Shown: positions 10,566-24,363, numbered from the stretch's first letter. The stretch is 64,000 nt of DNA from Octopus sinensis (GCF_006345805.1 NC_043013.1:46810001-46874000), one strand, 5' to 3'. Numbers and translations: made by a program. The notes: generated from the letters alone by a model not told the origin.

Positions 10566-13500
10566 TTCGTTTCCCCCTTAAAGGCATCTATGACAAAGTA
10601 AATGAAAATGGATGTAATCAAAAATTCAAGCCTGACTAAACTTAGAACGTCAGTGGAATATTAAATTATTTAAACTAGAATGAAAAGTAACAGCAAAAAT
10701 AGACTACAGAAGATTTATAATATTCGGAACAATGTTGGTCACAACTGAAGAGAGACTTTAGTTTTGTTGGTTCCACAATTGTTATGGGTGTGCATTCCTA
10801 CATTCAACAAAACCACGTGTGAGTGACGGAACATTTGCGTGATCACCCGACCGTCTAGGACCAGCAGCTTCGATCAAAGTTTTACCAAATAAAACAATCC
10901 CATCGCAAACATAGTAAAATTTTTCTTAAATCAAAGCGTTAAAAAAAAAAGCAAATTCATTCAAAAAGATAATCCTAGATTCACTTATTCTGAAATGAAG
11001 ATAGAGAGACCGTGGCATCAAAGATCTGCAGAAGAGAGGTCTGACCAATCATGACTGAACTGGAACTAGATTATAATAACTACACTAAATTATATATGAC
11101 ACTGATTTGCTACATTTTTAATTCTATTGTCTACTGATGTTGTTGAGGTAGGTATCAACATCACAAAATATTTAGTAACACTCTACTTACTGAGGGCATA
11201 TATATAAAAATAAGTTCTTATCATTGAATTTGATACAGGGTGGCCGTGAATAGCGGTGAAGTCTTGATGTTCCCTGTATGCAATACAGTTACGTTTTTGT
11301 AGTGTAGGTATTCCATTACACTTGTATCTTTAATCCTGTTATAAAAGGCACAAATGACAAACTTATCTCATAGGTTTCGCCTTCAAAATTATAGTTATCG
11401 CTACATAAATCTAGTGAGTTTATTAGCTTAAGTAAATATACGACTTCGTATCTTGTGAAGGTCAATTAAAGAAGTGATGATATGAAACTGGCAATGAACG
11501 AGTAGATTCTAGTGAGTAAGATATTATTTTACACATCCGGCTCTGTATAGTTAATGAAAAAAGAATTGTTACAAGTAAACGATAAAGTTTAATGTCTGTT
11601 ATACAAACAGTCATACTGTATAGTTAAGTTTAAAATATAAAAAGACCTTTTTTATTCAGTTGGGGTTCGCTTCAGTTTCGTCATTGAAGATGTAAACACC
11701 AACATCTTCTGTCACATATTTAGCCCCCAACTTCACTGGTTATAAAACATCGGATTGTACTTGTAAAAATTAGGTAGTTGGAGATATACTTGACCATCAC
11801 TATATGTTGTATATCTAATGGATATAGCCATGTATTCTTATAATGTACCGGTGGGGAGCCAACACTGGCTTATTAAGATATTATCCAGTACATTATCATC
11901 TATGTTGTTATTAAACCTTTAATTATGGCGCTATGCAATCAGAAATTCTATTTCTCAAATGATAAGCTAAGTTGCTGAAGTTGTTATTTTTAATACCAGG
12001 TCGACTACAGTGTGGTGCGAAAGTTGATAAGTAAAGTGACGTGGTGATAAATAGTACTGACCGAGACTACATCGCATCTACTTGTCCACTGTACACTTTG
12101 TAGAGCTTTCTTCTTGGAATTATTACGGTTCTTCACTGATAAATGTATTGAATTGAAGTTTAATGATCAGTTGCCTATATGAACCTCTGAATTTCATATA
12201 ATAACCGATGTGATTGAGGAAACTGTATAGTAAAAGATGACTATTTAAACAGACAGATTTGAGGCACTGTGCCAACAGGCAATCAACAAATTTCTAAATC
12301 CACGGAAGAAAAAAAAAACTGATGGTGATAAATACGGCCTTTTCAATAGTTGATTCCGTATGTGTAAGGTCACTGTTGATACATTTACTGTGTTTGAGAA
12401 GCCATAACATTAATCATATTTGTTTCATTGATCGTTAGACTCTCGCTGTAATTAAAATAAGCATCGATTGTCAGCTTTCTCTCTATTTCCTGTGGAGATA
12501 TCAAATGGAAATTGGATGAGATATTAGGAATGAGATTGTAGTGATTTCATAAATACTTAAAAATGATTTGTAAGTCAAATTGCATTAAACACCTCTCCAG
12601 TGTCTTTAGTATCGCTAGATTTATCTTAAAACCTTTCAATGACATTTGATTGTATCGTCTAATTCTCTTTGTCATGACACAATGCGATAGCATTATGGAA
12701 GCAGCGACAGCTTTAATCTCTGATAGAGGTGTTATCAACATAATGATGGATAGTTCAATTCTATCAACGACGACCTTTTGCAAATATATGTATTTAGCAT
12801 TTACGATAACTCAACAAGAATATTGCTTGAATTAATTCTTATGAACATTGGGACTATCCTAGTAACATACACTGTTTTATAGTTATTCCAGTCTCTCATA
12901 TCATACACCCATAGATTGGTAATTTTCCTTGTTAGAAAAGTTTAATTTGTTTCTGTAGTAAGATGTTTTAGAAATGCAAACAGCCTGTTTAAGATTTTTT
13001 TTTAGCTCCATAATTCATAAGTGGTATTTAACTGATCAACATGTAGATTAAATATCAGATCAGTCACAGACAGATGAAATATTAAAACAGTTCCAGGTAA
13101 GTAAAAGTTTAAATCAGCTCCAGGGAGATGAACCAATCCAACAAAGGTGGAAGATAAAATCAAAGGTGATGTTAGCCCATACCTGTAATACTACAGACAA
13201 ACGAAAGAAAAGAAGCAACAAGAACTCAACTCAAACTTTTTAACCAGGTGGTTTCATAATTGATATGTGGCTTTCGAATAAAATTCTTGTTTCTTTGCCA
13301 ATTTTAAATGAGACTACAGAAGCACTTACCAAATACTTAGGTCAGGATGAAATGTTTAGTGTCAGCTCAGAGAAGCAACGAATAAAAATGTAATTGTACG
13401 AATTGCCTAAATCGTAAGTAATATCACTTCCTGCTTACTATTATATTTAATAAATGTATAACACTCCAGTAGAAAAGAAACTCTTCGAGTTAAGCTATAA

Positions 13501-14057
13501 GCCAAGATTACCAGATAACATTTCAAACAGAAGTAAACGTTATTTATCTAGAGGTAAGGTTTCAATATCCCTTAACTGTACAGAGTTCACAGATTTGTCA
13601 AACTACTTCAAAGAAGCAATGGAAGGCGGAAGTGCAAAGTAATTCCTCTTATTTGATGTCTTTGGGTTCTCATGTTTCGTCTCTGTCGAAGAAAACGAAA
13701 GGAGAAAAAGAAAAAAGATAAAACAAGGAATCTTCACGTGTAGAACATAATTTCAATAATCGAAGAGGTCAAAGGAGAGACTTAATCTGTGTAAAGGCAG
13801 GGGAGTCGGAAAAGTCAATAAAAGGTTCTAGGAAATGCAGTATGTATATATATTGTAGGGAGTAAAGCGGGAGCAGAGAGAAAAATAGAATGCAAACAAA
13901 AAGGAGCAAAAAGAATATAAAAGTAAACCGCCTTAAAATTGAATGACAAAGATGAGTAATAAGATGGTTGCGATGACAAAAAAAAAATAAGAAAGAAAGA
14001 AAAAAGATGAGAAATGATTGTGATATAAACATGCAGAAAGAAATATTTAATAAAGGC

Positions 14058-14059
<2 letters not shown>

Positions 14060-14117
<58 letters not shown>

Positions 14118-14197
14118 ATAAGTAGAAATAATCATGAGGAAGAGAGAACCCTAGAGAATACATAACAGTGAAATTCATAAGAAAAATTTACTGAAGA

Positions 14198-14233
<36 letters not shown>

Positions 14234-14740
14234 AAAAAAACAGAAATGGAAAGTGAAGAGAGATATGAATTTGATGTTTGTGAATGGTATTGTATGAGTA
14301 TTAATATAGGAAAAAGTGAAATATTTATTATATAAAATGATGATCCATAAGGAAGAAGAAGAAAAAAAAAGAAAAAGGTGAGGAAGGAGACGATGGTAAA
14401 GAAGATATTAAGAAATAAAAGAAGTCGGAGACGAAGAAGAAGAAGAAGGAGGAGGAGGAGGAGGAGGAGGAGGAGGAGGAGGAAGTAGAAGAGGCAGATA
14501 TGATGATGATGATGAAAATGATGAAGATGATGAAGAAGAACAGAATTAATGAGGAAATTAAAAATAGATTAAGAAGAGGGACATAAGGGTAAAGATGAAT
14601 TGAAGAGAGAGAATGAGAGATAGAGAGGGAGAGAGAGAGAGAGAGAGAGAATGAGAGAATGAGAGAATGAGAGAGAGAGAGAGAGAGTGAGAGAGAGAGA
14701 GTGAGAGAGAGAGAAATGAAATAATAATATGATGGTAATA
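14060..14740. repeat. Compound (CA)n, (GA)n, (GAA/GAG)n, (GAT)n block
   Basis: Direct inspection. Confidence 0.9.
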
Positions 14741-15179
14741 ATAGAAATATTATTGATAGGAAAAGAAAATAGGGAAATAAGAAAATATTTTGAAATCGAA
14801 TTAAAAAAAAAGAGGAGGTGGGGGGTGGGGTAGAGCTAAAGTGCTACTGGAAACCTACATTTGGGAACAATTACGTTTAAAATTGCAGAGGAAATATCTA
14901 GAAAGAAAATTTGGCAAAATCGTATTAATTACAGGAAAAATGGAGTGTATGACAAGAAAGAGAGTAAAACATAGAATTTATATAAAATAAATGCTAAACT
15001 AATCGGTAGAAGAACGATAAACTAGAAAGGATGCTGACATTTTTTTGTAATATTTAAAATGCTAGTTTTTCAAACGGTTGAAATAAAGGCAAAAACATGT
15101 TGACGTTGTCGAAATAAGTGAAGGCGATGGCGATAACGTTGGTGAATACAATGGTTTCAGCTATTGACACGTACTATAC

Positions 15180-15562
15180 CCTTTTACTCTTTTACTTGTT
15201 TCAATCATTTGACTGTGGCCATGCTGGAGCACCGCCTTTAGTCGAGCGAATTGACCCCAGGACTCATTCTTTGGAAGCCCAGTACTTATTCTATCGCTAA
15301 GTTATGGGGATGCAAACACACCACCATCGGTTGTCAAGCGATGCTGGGGGACAAACACAGAAACACAAAGATATACACACACACGTATACATATATACGA
15401 CGGGCTTCTTTTCAGTCTCCGTCTACCAAATCCACTCACAAGGCTTTGGTCAGCCCGAGGCTATAGTAGAAGACACTTGCCCAAGGTACTACGCAGTGGG
15501 ACTGAACCCGGAACCATGTGGTTGGCAAGCAAACTACTTATCACACAGCCACTCCTGCGCCT
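15180..15562 (-). mobile_element. SINE family B
   Basis: Reverse complement of the 9687 copy, complete head to tail. Confidence 0.95.
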
Positions 15563-15659
15563 GTTATATTAAATATGTTATATTTAGGGTAACTAACATT
15601 CTTTGACGGCAGACATATTTCTCTCTACGAGAAAAAGAAATCAAGCGAATTAACTACTA

Positions 15660-15799
15660 TTCGACGGCTGTATGAAAAGTCTTGAGCCTCAAAAAAAAAT
15701 AAAACCCCAACAAAACATGGTACAAGACTTCCGATGAAGGTACAAGACTTCAAGGCTCAAAGGACTTGGAGGCTGAAAACCTTTTATACACCCCTCGTA
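15660..15799. mobile_element. mariner-type MITE remnant
   Basis: 30-bp imperfect TIRs (7 mismatches): ttcgacggctgtatgaaaagtcttgagcct and aggctgaaaaccttttatacacccctcgta; TACGAGGG-type end. Confidence 0.5.
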
Positions 15800-16005
15800 G
15801 GATATGGAAACCAAGTTCATGGACCGGGTTGCACGATTAATGAAAGCTTTCTGATTGCGTGCTTGTCTTTTGCATCGGTCATTCAATTTTCATACATGTA
15901 TCTATAGAAATATGCATGTAATTGTGTTCGACTAAACCCTGCAAGGTGGTACCCCGCGATGATCGAAGCCTAATGATTGAAACAAGTAAAATATAATAGA
16001 TGCAC

Positions 16006-16505
<500 letters not shown>

Positions 16506-16533
16506 ATACATACATACATACATACTACATACA

Positions 16534-16625
<92 letters not shown>

Positions 16626-16638
16626 TAGATAGATAGAT

Positions 16639-16697
<59 letters not shown>

Positions 16698-16944
16698 TGT
16701 GCATATATACATACATATATGTACATACAGACATATACATATATATGTGCATATATGGGTGCAGGACGTCACAAAATGTAAACAACATGAAATGCGAAAA
16801 CAAAGTTGGGTACGCAGACAACGAGAGAAACACATGGAAAACGAGACAAGTAACATAAAGATCGACTCTTCATCAGTTGTCGGGTGTCCATCTACACTTC
16901 ATTTCGAGCATGTGTATGTATGTATGTATGTATGTATGTAAGTA

Positions 16945-17400
16945 TGTCATTATTCAGTTTCATTTCAAGATTTCTGGCCAATAGAGAAAGAGTCGGTTTC
17001 TAACCTAGATTCAAGGCTCTTCATTGGAATTTTAATAACACCAACAATGTATATATGTATGTATATGTGCAGATTCGTATGTTTTGTTTCATGTATGTAT
17101 TCTCATGCTTATAGTTGCACATCTAGATATGCTCATATATACTTAGTTAAATGATAAACTTCTGGTAAATTTTACAAATTTTTTACAGTTCCAATGATGG
17201 ATTGGATCTGAAGTCTTCGAATTAGTTTTCTCTTTTCTAGTTTTGAGAAGCTTAAAATTCTCAAGATTGGTACTTAGGCAGTGTGTTACATATCTCAGTG
17301 CCCCAATAATTACAGGTATAAACCTGAACTTGTAATCCGAGTAGTGTAACTGCAGATTTCTTAATAGTTCAGCGTAGATATTCTCTTTTCACTTGTATGC
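16945..17400 (-). mobile_element. RLE-type LINE 3' fragment
   Basis: KENIYAELLRNLQLHYSDYKFRFIPVIIGAL..LQIQSIIGTVKICK then 3' UTR. Confidence 0.7.
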
Positions 17401-17431
17401 ATGCATGTATGTAAATATGTTCCTTCTCAAG

Positions 17432-17708
17432 CAATGCCTGGCTCATAATGGCCGGTTTCCCGGTTTCCTTGGCTTATAGGTTCCCCACCTGGACGGTCCA
17501 TTGCAGGTGAACTGCAAGATGCAGGAGGAAAGAGTGAGAGAAAGTTGTGGCTAAAGAGTCAGCAGAAGTTCGCCATTACCTTCTGCCTGAGCCGCGTGGA
17601 GTTTAGGTGTTTCGCTCATAAACACACACATCGCCCGGTCTGAGATTCGAACCCGCGACCCCTCGACCGCGAGTCCACTGCTCTAACCACTAGGCCATGT
17701 GTCCCCAC
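17432..17708 (-). mobile_element. SINE family A (tail type 2), diverged
   Basis: Head gtggggacacatggcctagtggttagagc, B-box gggttcgaatc; tail related to 2274 copy. Confidence 0.85.
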
Positions 17709-17712
17709 TATG

Positions 17713-17746
<34 letters not shown>

Positions 17747-18195
17747 TGTATGTATGTATGTATGTATGCATAAAGATGTGTTTTTACGTACGTATGCGTA
17801 TATGAATGTCTGTCTCTCTCTTCCTACCTCCCTGCATGTATGCATATATATGTTGTATATGCAATGAAATAAAAACCAAAACAAAAAGAAAATACAGTTG
17901 GGACAACTTGCAACAAAGATGATATTTTCGCTTAACACCTAAAAAGAAAGGAATGAGTGGCAACGCTTCGTGCGTTAGTTCTTCATCGGTAGAAAAACAT
18001 AGAAAGAGTGAGAAAGACGAAAAAACGGTTGAGAAAAAAAAAACGGGTGAAGGTTTAGGCGCCAGGAGGGAAAGCATTTATGTTGTGGGGGCTAAGACGG
18101 GATGGTGGAAGTGTGTGTGCTCGAGTATGCACGTACAGGATGGAATATCGTTTTATAGATAGGCGTATGGGTGTGTGATATGTGCTGTTTTATAA

Positions 18196-18610
18196 GGCGG
18201 CGAGATGGCAGAAACGTTAGCACACCGGGCGAAATGCTTAGCGGTATTGCGTCTGTCGTTGCGTTCTGAGTTCAAATTCCGCCGAGGTCGGATTGCCTTT
18301 CATCCTTTCGGAGTCGATAAATTAAGTACCAGTTACGCACTGGGGTCGATATAATCGACTTAATACCTATGTCTGTCCTTGTTTGTCCTCTCTGTGTTTA
18401 GCCCCTTTTGGGTAGTAAAGAAATAGGTATTGCGTCTATCGTTGCGTTCTGAGATCAAATTCCGCCTAGGTCGACTTAGCCTTTCATCCTTTCGGGGTCG
18501 ATAAATTAAGTACCAGTTACGCACTGGGGTCGATGTAATCGACTTAATCCGTTTGTCTGTCCTTGTTTGTCCCCTCTATGTTTGTCCCCTTGTGGGTAGT
18601 AAAGAAACAG
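18196..18610 (+). mobile_element. SINE family C dimer
   Basis: One head, two bodies. Confidence 0.92.
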
Positions 18611-18954
18611 ATATGTGTTGTTTTATCGGTGTGTGTCTGTGTATGCGCGTAGAGGTTTGCATGTGCAGATAGAAATAAGAGGAAAATAGGAGAAAAAAAT
18701 AAATTTTGTTTTAGTTCTTTGAGAAAATTATTTAGGTGAGGCACGTAGAAAAGTAAGAGAATGCGTAGTACCATTTCTCTTATCAGAGTACAGGTTGATG
18801 TCGTGACCTTGCATCGTAGAAAAGTTGATTAAAGTTTGAATTTTTTGAAAATACTAGCAACAATGTGTTATTTACGTATTGAGTTCTATTTTTGTTCATG
18901 TAAATTCATTTAGAGTGTTCGAGCACTTGTAAATGCCGTATACAACACAAATAA

Positions 18955-19235
18955 ATGTATCTGTATGTATGCATGTACGTATGTATGTATGTATGTATGT
19001 ATGTATGTATGTATGTATGTATGTATGTATGTATGTATGTATGTATGTATGTATGTACGTATGTATGTATGTATGTATGTATGTATGTATGTATGTATGT
19101 ATGTATGTATGTATGTATGTATGTATGTATGTATGTATGTATGTGTGTGTGTATGTATATGTATGTATATATATATATACATACATATGTGTATGCGTGA
19201 ATATATATATACATATGTATGTATGTATGTATGCA
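18955..19235. repeat. (TATG)n microsatellite
   Basis: Direct inspection. Confidence 0.97.
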
Positions 19236-19430
19236 TACGTATATTACATTCACATAATGCATAGATAAATTGTTGGATAAATGGATGAGTGTCTTGTTTT
19301 GTCTTGGTGTGTATGTAGACAACGATACAGACAGCTAGATAGTCAGATAGGTGAATTATGTATATACATCCATGCTGCTTCCAGAGAAACATATATACAT
19401 GCACAATACCTTCACACACATACACTTACC

Positions 19431-19466
<36 letters not shown>

Positions 19467-20293
19467 CATAATACATATAAAGCGAGAGAGAGTAAGATGG
19501 AGTGGGGAGAAATAGTGCATGGAGACAAACGCAAGTACAGATATAGATAGATGAATGGATGGCTGAGTATATAGATAGATAGAGGGAAGGTGAGGGAACT
19601 TGTGTCGGAAAGATAAAAAGAGGCTTGTGTATATACCTATGCAGAGTTGGAGTTCAGAACTGCAGAAGCAGGAGAGGAAAGGCTTGTCTATCGATTTTTT
19701 CTTTCGCTTCTAAAGCAGGAAAGCGAGTTGAAGGACGCTGGTGAAATTGGATGGACAGTAGCTAGAAGCGAAGATAATATCGTGAGAACAAGAACGCTGG
19801 ACTGAACTCTAGCCTCAAGCTGATGCTGTCATTTCCCATCCTGATTCGTTTCTGCACGTTCCTCCAGCTTATTCCTTTCTTCCGCTTCGCCCTTCCCACT
19901 TAACCGACTATTCACCTTTTTTTCCTTATAGCTATATCAAATGCAGCAGTTACTGTGTATTCTTCTTACTGGCCAACTTGGTATTGCTAGGCAAGCTAGC
20001 TAACCGTCAGTGTAGACATTTACAATCTGCTACCAACTACTATGTTTCCAAAAATTCACCTACTTTAAGGAACGTGTAATCTCCATAGATTTGGTACTTA
20101 CAACTACGCTGGCTTTCAATTCAACATTTGAATACGTTCACAATAATGTTGAATGACTGATGCCTATGCAACAGAAGTATACATGTCCTCTTTAAGACAT
20201 TCTCTCCTGAGAATATTCTTAGAAATATGAACTCAGATAATTTTATTCTAATATCAGTTATGTATGTTGTAGTGAGCTGTGTAGAACGAAAAG

Positions 20294-20681
20294 CGGAGGC
20301 GCAATGGCCTAGTTGTTAGGGCATCGGACTCGCGGTCGTAGGATCGCGGTTTCGATTCCCAGACCGGGCGTTGTGAGTGTTTATTGAGCGAAAACACCTA
20401 AAAAGCTCCACGAGGCTCCGGCAGGGGATGGTGGTGATCCCTGCTGTACTCTTTCACCACAACTTTCTCTCACTCTTACTTCCTGTTTCTGTTGTACCTG
20501 TATTTCAAAGGGCCGGCCTTGTCACTCTCTGTGTCACGCTGAATATCCCCGAGAACTACGTTAAGGGTACACGTGTCTGTGGAGTGCTCATCCACTTACA
20601 CGTTAATTTCACGAGCAGGCTGTTCCGTTGATTCGGATCAATCGGAACCCTCATCGTCGTAACCAACGGAGTGCTTCCTTG
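20294..20681 (+). mobile_element. SINE family A (tail type 1) with 30-bp TSD
   Basis: atgttgtagtgagctgtgtagaacgaaaag at 20264-20293 and 20682-20711; A/B boxes. Confidence 0.95.
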
Positions 20682-21508
20682 ATGTTGTAGTGAGCTGTGT
20701 AGAACGAAAAGTAAGCCACCGTTTATTTCCAGTTGGAATTACTTCATTTCGCTTCCAGAAAACCATAACATCTTTTCACTGCCTACTCTAAAATATTTAG
20801 AGTCCCTATATAAAGCTTTATCAATCAAATTATTGTGTAGTGAAACTAAACCAAAATAAATATGTAAAACACTCCAATCCCATTTATTATGGTTATCGCT
20901 CTATGTTAATATTTTGATATCATTATTAACCAATGAAATCGATATGATTAAAACGTGCACTAACGTAGTTTAAATCAAAATTATATTAAAATATTTATTT
21001 CATAACTGATGGCAATAAATGAACCCAAGTTAAGGTCAAAAGTATTATAAACCAAATAGATTTATGAACTTCTTGGAAATAAAGCTTTTTACAATATGTT
21101 ATTTACTAGTTATTTGAAATGTTACTACAAGCCCGAGGATTGCTCTTACGGAATATTCCATTTATATACCTAAAACGATGGTGATGCTGCTACTGCTTCT
21201 GCTGCTGCTGATGATGATGATGTTCGCGAAGATGATTTACGCACAAGGCCGACAGTTTGGGGAAGTAAGAGGAGTACTCGATGGCATCGTCCCCAGTACT
21301 TGACTACTATTTTAGTTTATTCACCTCGAAAGAATGAACGGCAATGTTGACTTTGCTTTTCATCCTTCCGAGGTCGATAAAATAAGTATTTATGTCGTGG
21401 GAGCTAAGACTGGATGGGGGAAGTGTGTGTGCTTGAGCATGCACGTACAGGATGGTATCTCTTTTTAGAGATAGGAGTATGTGTGTGTGATATGTGCTGT
21501 TTTATTAA

Positions 21509-21740
21509 GGCGGCGAGCTGGCAGAAACGTTAGCATACCGGGCGAAATGCTTAGCGGTATTGCGTCTGTCGTTGCGTTCTGAGTTCAAATTCCGCCGAGG
21601 TCGACTTTGCCTTTCATCCTTTCGGGGTCGATAAATTAAGTACCAGTTACGCACTGGGGTCGATATAATCGACTTAATCCGTTTGTTTGTCCTTGTTTGT
21701 CCCCTCTGTGTTTAGCCCCTTGTGGGTAGTAAAGAAATAA
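21509..21740 (+). mobile_element. SINE family C monomer
   Basis: Head plus single body. Confidence 0.93.
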
Positions 21741-21839
21741 GAAGTTAATGTAGAGAGTCAGAACGACTACCGCATGACATTTTGATCCACACCTTAATCA
21801 ACTACTACTACTACTACTGCTACTGCGACTACTACAACA

Positions 21840-21873
<34 letters not shown>

Positions 21874-22171
21874 ATAATAATAATAAGTCCATTTTTCTCT
21901 GCCATGAAGAGAAGATAGATCTAATGTTTCAATCAAGATTTTACTCTGAGAAGAATGTATAAAAAGAGATGTAGAACGAAAGCATTTCGAAAGAGAAAGA
22001 ACAGAATGGAGAAGTGGCGGAAGAATTGGAAGAATAATCCAATCTATTTCTATATTTGTTGTTACTAAAGCTTGAACTGGAATATGGAAATGGCACACAC
22101 GGAAAGAAACGGTTTTGGACACTAAAATTGACCGTACAGACATGTATTTTCCATAACATTTTCGTTTGCTC

Positions 22172-22406
22172 TTTTACTCTTTTACTTCTTTCAGTCATTT
22201 GACCGCGGCCATGCTAAAGCAACACCTTTAGTCGAGCAAATCGACCCCAGGACTTATTCTTTGTAAGCCTAGTACTTATTCTATCGTTTTCTTTTGCCGA
22301 AGTGCAAAGTTACGGGGACGTAAATACACCAGCATCGGTTGTCAAGCGATGTTGGGGGGACAAACACGGACACACAAACACACACACACACATACATACA
22401 TACATA

Positions 22407-22437
<31 letters not shown>

Positions 22438-22606
22438 AATATACGTCGGGTTTCTTTCAATTTCCGTCTACCAAATCCACTGACAAGGCTTTGGTCGGCC
22501 CAAGGCTATAGTAGAAGATACTTGCCCAAGGTGCCTCGCAGTGGACTGAACCCGGAACCATGTGGTTGGTAAGCAAGTTACTTACCAAACAGCCACTCCT
22601 ACGCCT
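22172..22606 (-). mobile_element. SINE family B
   Basis: Complete reverse-complement copy. Confidence 0.93.
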
Positions 22607-23265
22607 ATATAGTTTAGTGACTATTTGTGGACGTCTGGTAGTAAATATATTTTACAGCTATCAGAACCTACAAATACTGGAGAAAAATTGGCTACAGAGA
22701 GAATATGATTTGGTTTCTAGCAACGTGACACAATCTCATTTGCCAATCTGTTGCTCACACCAGAATAAGATGAAGTCGAAAACTTAAGTGGAAAGGACTA
22801 TGCCAATTGGGATACAAACAAAATTAATTTTATCAATGCTGAAGATCGGAACAACGATCAATAATATCTCAAGGGCCAGAAAATGTAATCGATTGCTGCC
22901 ATGATATTTCTCCGAAACAATGGTTGACCAGAAGTAACCTCAGTGGAATTCCAGAAAAAAAAATCCCCTTATCGATTTCTAGATATCATTAAATAGTATA
23001 GAACACAAGAGTTTGTGATTATACAACATCACCTGTGGTGCAGACCGTAATAGTAATTTTATAGTAACTTATTTCTGCTCTTCGATTTGCCTGAGGAAAA
23101 ACCGTTTTCTTTGTTAATATCGTTGTTGTGTATATTATTCCAAAAATGAACACTAACCTAACCGAATGACTAATAGCGTGTCTTCAACAAACACACTACA
23201 TATCTGGATGATCTCCGTGCTGTTACTAGAGATTAATCAAATAGTACAGAAAACTGATATTCCTA

Positions 23266-23430
23266 CAGAGAGAGAGAGAGGGAGAGAGAGAGAGAGAGTG
23301 GGGGACAGAGGGAGAGAGAGGGAGAGAGAGGGAGAGAGAGGGAGAGAGAGGGAGAGAGAGGGAGAGAGAGGGAGAGAGAGGGAGAGAGAGGGAGAGAGAG
23401 GAAGAGAGAGAGAGAGAGAGAGAGAGTGAC
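23266..23430. repeat. (GGAGAGAGAG)n decamer purine tract
   Basis: Direct inspection. Confidence 0.95.
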
Positions 23431-24021
23431 AGTGAGTCTACATCTAGAATACACTCGATGTAGCCATTCTCTCTTCTATTCTCTCTCTTCCTATGCATAT
23501 GAGTGACCGGCTGTGTTTGCTACAAACATTCTTTTGTGAACTCTCAAAAACCTCAAAAGCCAATCTTATATACATAGAATGGCGTAACATGAATATGACA
23601 TATCTGTTTACACTTTTACTTATACGCCTGTATGTACCCCCAACGAATGAAAGATTCCTACATCAAACCAAAACAAATCTCTTCACCTTATCTTTCTATC
23701 TACCCACACTCTCCAAACGTGTACTTTCCTCCTGTTTCTATTTCTAATTCCCCTTTCTACTTACACTACATCTACTTATAATCGTCATTACATTGCTCCA
23801 CCTATCAAAAAGAAGAAAATATCGCAACCTGCCAAAGACTATATCAAGCCCAAACTAAAGAGTATTGAGTAATCCTTCAGCTTTATGGTAAATAGTTGTT
23901 TTATATATAACTTGAGAAACATCAACACGTGTGTATGAGAGTGTGTGTGTCTGTGTATTTTTGTCTGCGTTTGAGTGTATATACATACACACACACACAC
24001 ACACACACCACACACACACAC

Positions 24022-24055
<34 letters not shown>

Positions 24056-24094
24056 ATGTATATATATATATATATTTATGTACATATATATATA

Positions 24095-24292
24095 GGAGAG
24101 TTTACGAAAAAAGCAAAAGACGAAGACAGGTGGTGTATAAAACAAACAGATGTATTAGTATAACGCTCAAGAATAGAAAAATTCTTTTACGTTTCGAACC
24201 TACGCTCTTCTACAGAAAGGGACACAGAAAAAACAAGGAGAGAAACAAGGAGAGAAAAATGTGTGTAGTGGCTAACGATTTATCATGGCGAC
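24095..24292 (-). mobile_element. Short PLE-derived fragment (16333 family)
   Basis: Shared sequence; hammerhead-like motif 24184-24219. Confidence 0.7.
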
Positions 24293-24296
24293 ATAT

Positions 24297-24363
<67 letters not shown>

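Larger units (their letters stand above)
8500..13640 (-). pseudogene. Decayed multi-repeat cadherin (protocadherin/Fat-like) ectodomain remnant interrupted by a Helitron, a SINE and a minisatellite
   Basis: Ordered motifs on minus strand: FEMLSGN..TGVLY (13535-13455), FKIGKETRIL+INYET (13308-13250), LPGTVLIFHLSVTDL (13100-13053), YRIVS..FKIN..DTGEVF (12700-12587), FEGETYEISL (11387-11358), AYREHQDF..HGHPVSNS (11281-11225), TFNLN (about 9470), INFETKK (8626-8605); many stops and frameshifts. Confidence 0.55.
19930..23265 (+). pseudogene. Decayed cadherin-repeat remnant interrupted by three SINEs
   Basis: YYVSKNSP (about 20040); across the SINE TSD, VVVSCVE..KPPFISSWNYFISLPEN; ITDGNK*TQVKV (about 21005); EQNGEV and KIDRT (21990-22140); MPIG/FINAEDRNND (22800-22860); FDLPEEKP (about 23085). 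Confidence 0.45.

Noticed and set aside
13004-13102. Candidate exon between tttttttag and CAG|GTAAGT (similar donor at about 8886)
   Set aside because: All three frames contain stops; no partner exons evident
13454-13642. Plus-strand 62-aa ORF with natural-looking composition
   Set aside because: No recognisable motif; antisense to the cadherin-like frame
14840-15120. KPTF..TFKIAEE cadherin-like motif
   Set aside because: Isolated; downstream motifs not convincingly ordered
20294-20370. tRNA-like sequences at SINE heads (also 795-865, 36658-36730 and others)
   Set aside because: They run into SINE bodies, several have TSDs, and no complete acceptor stem is evident; not tRNA genes
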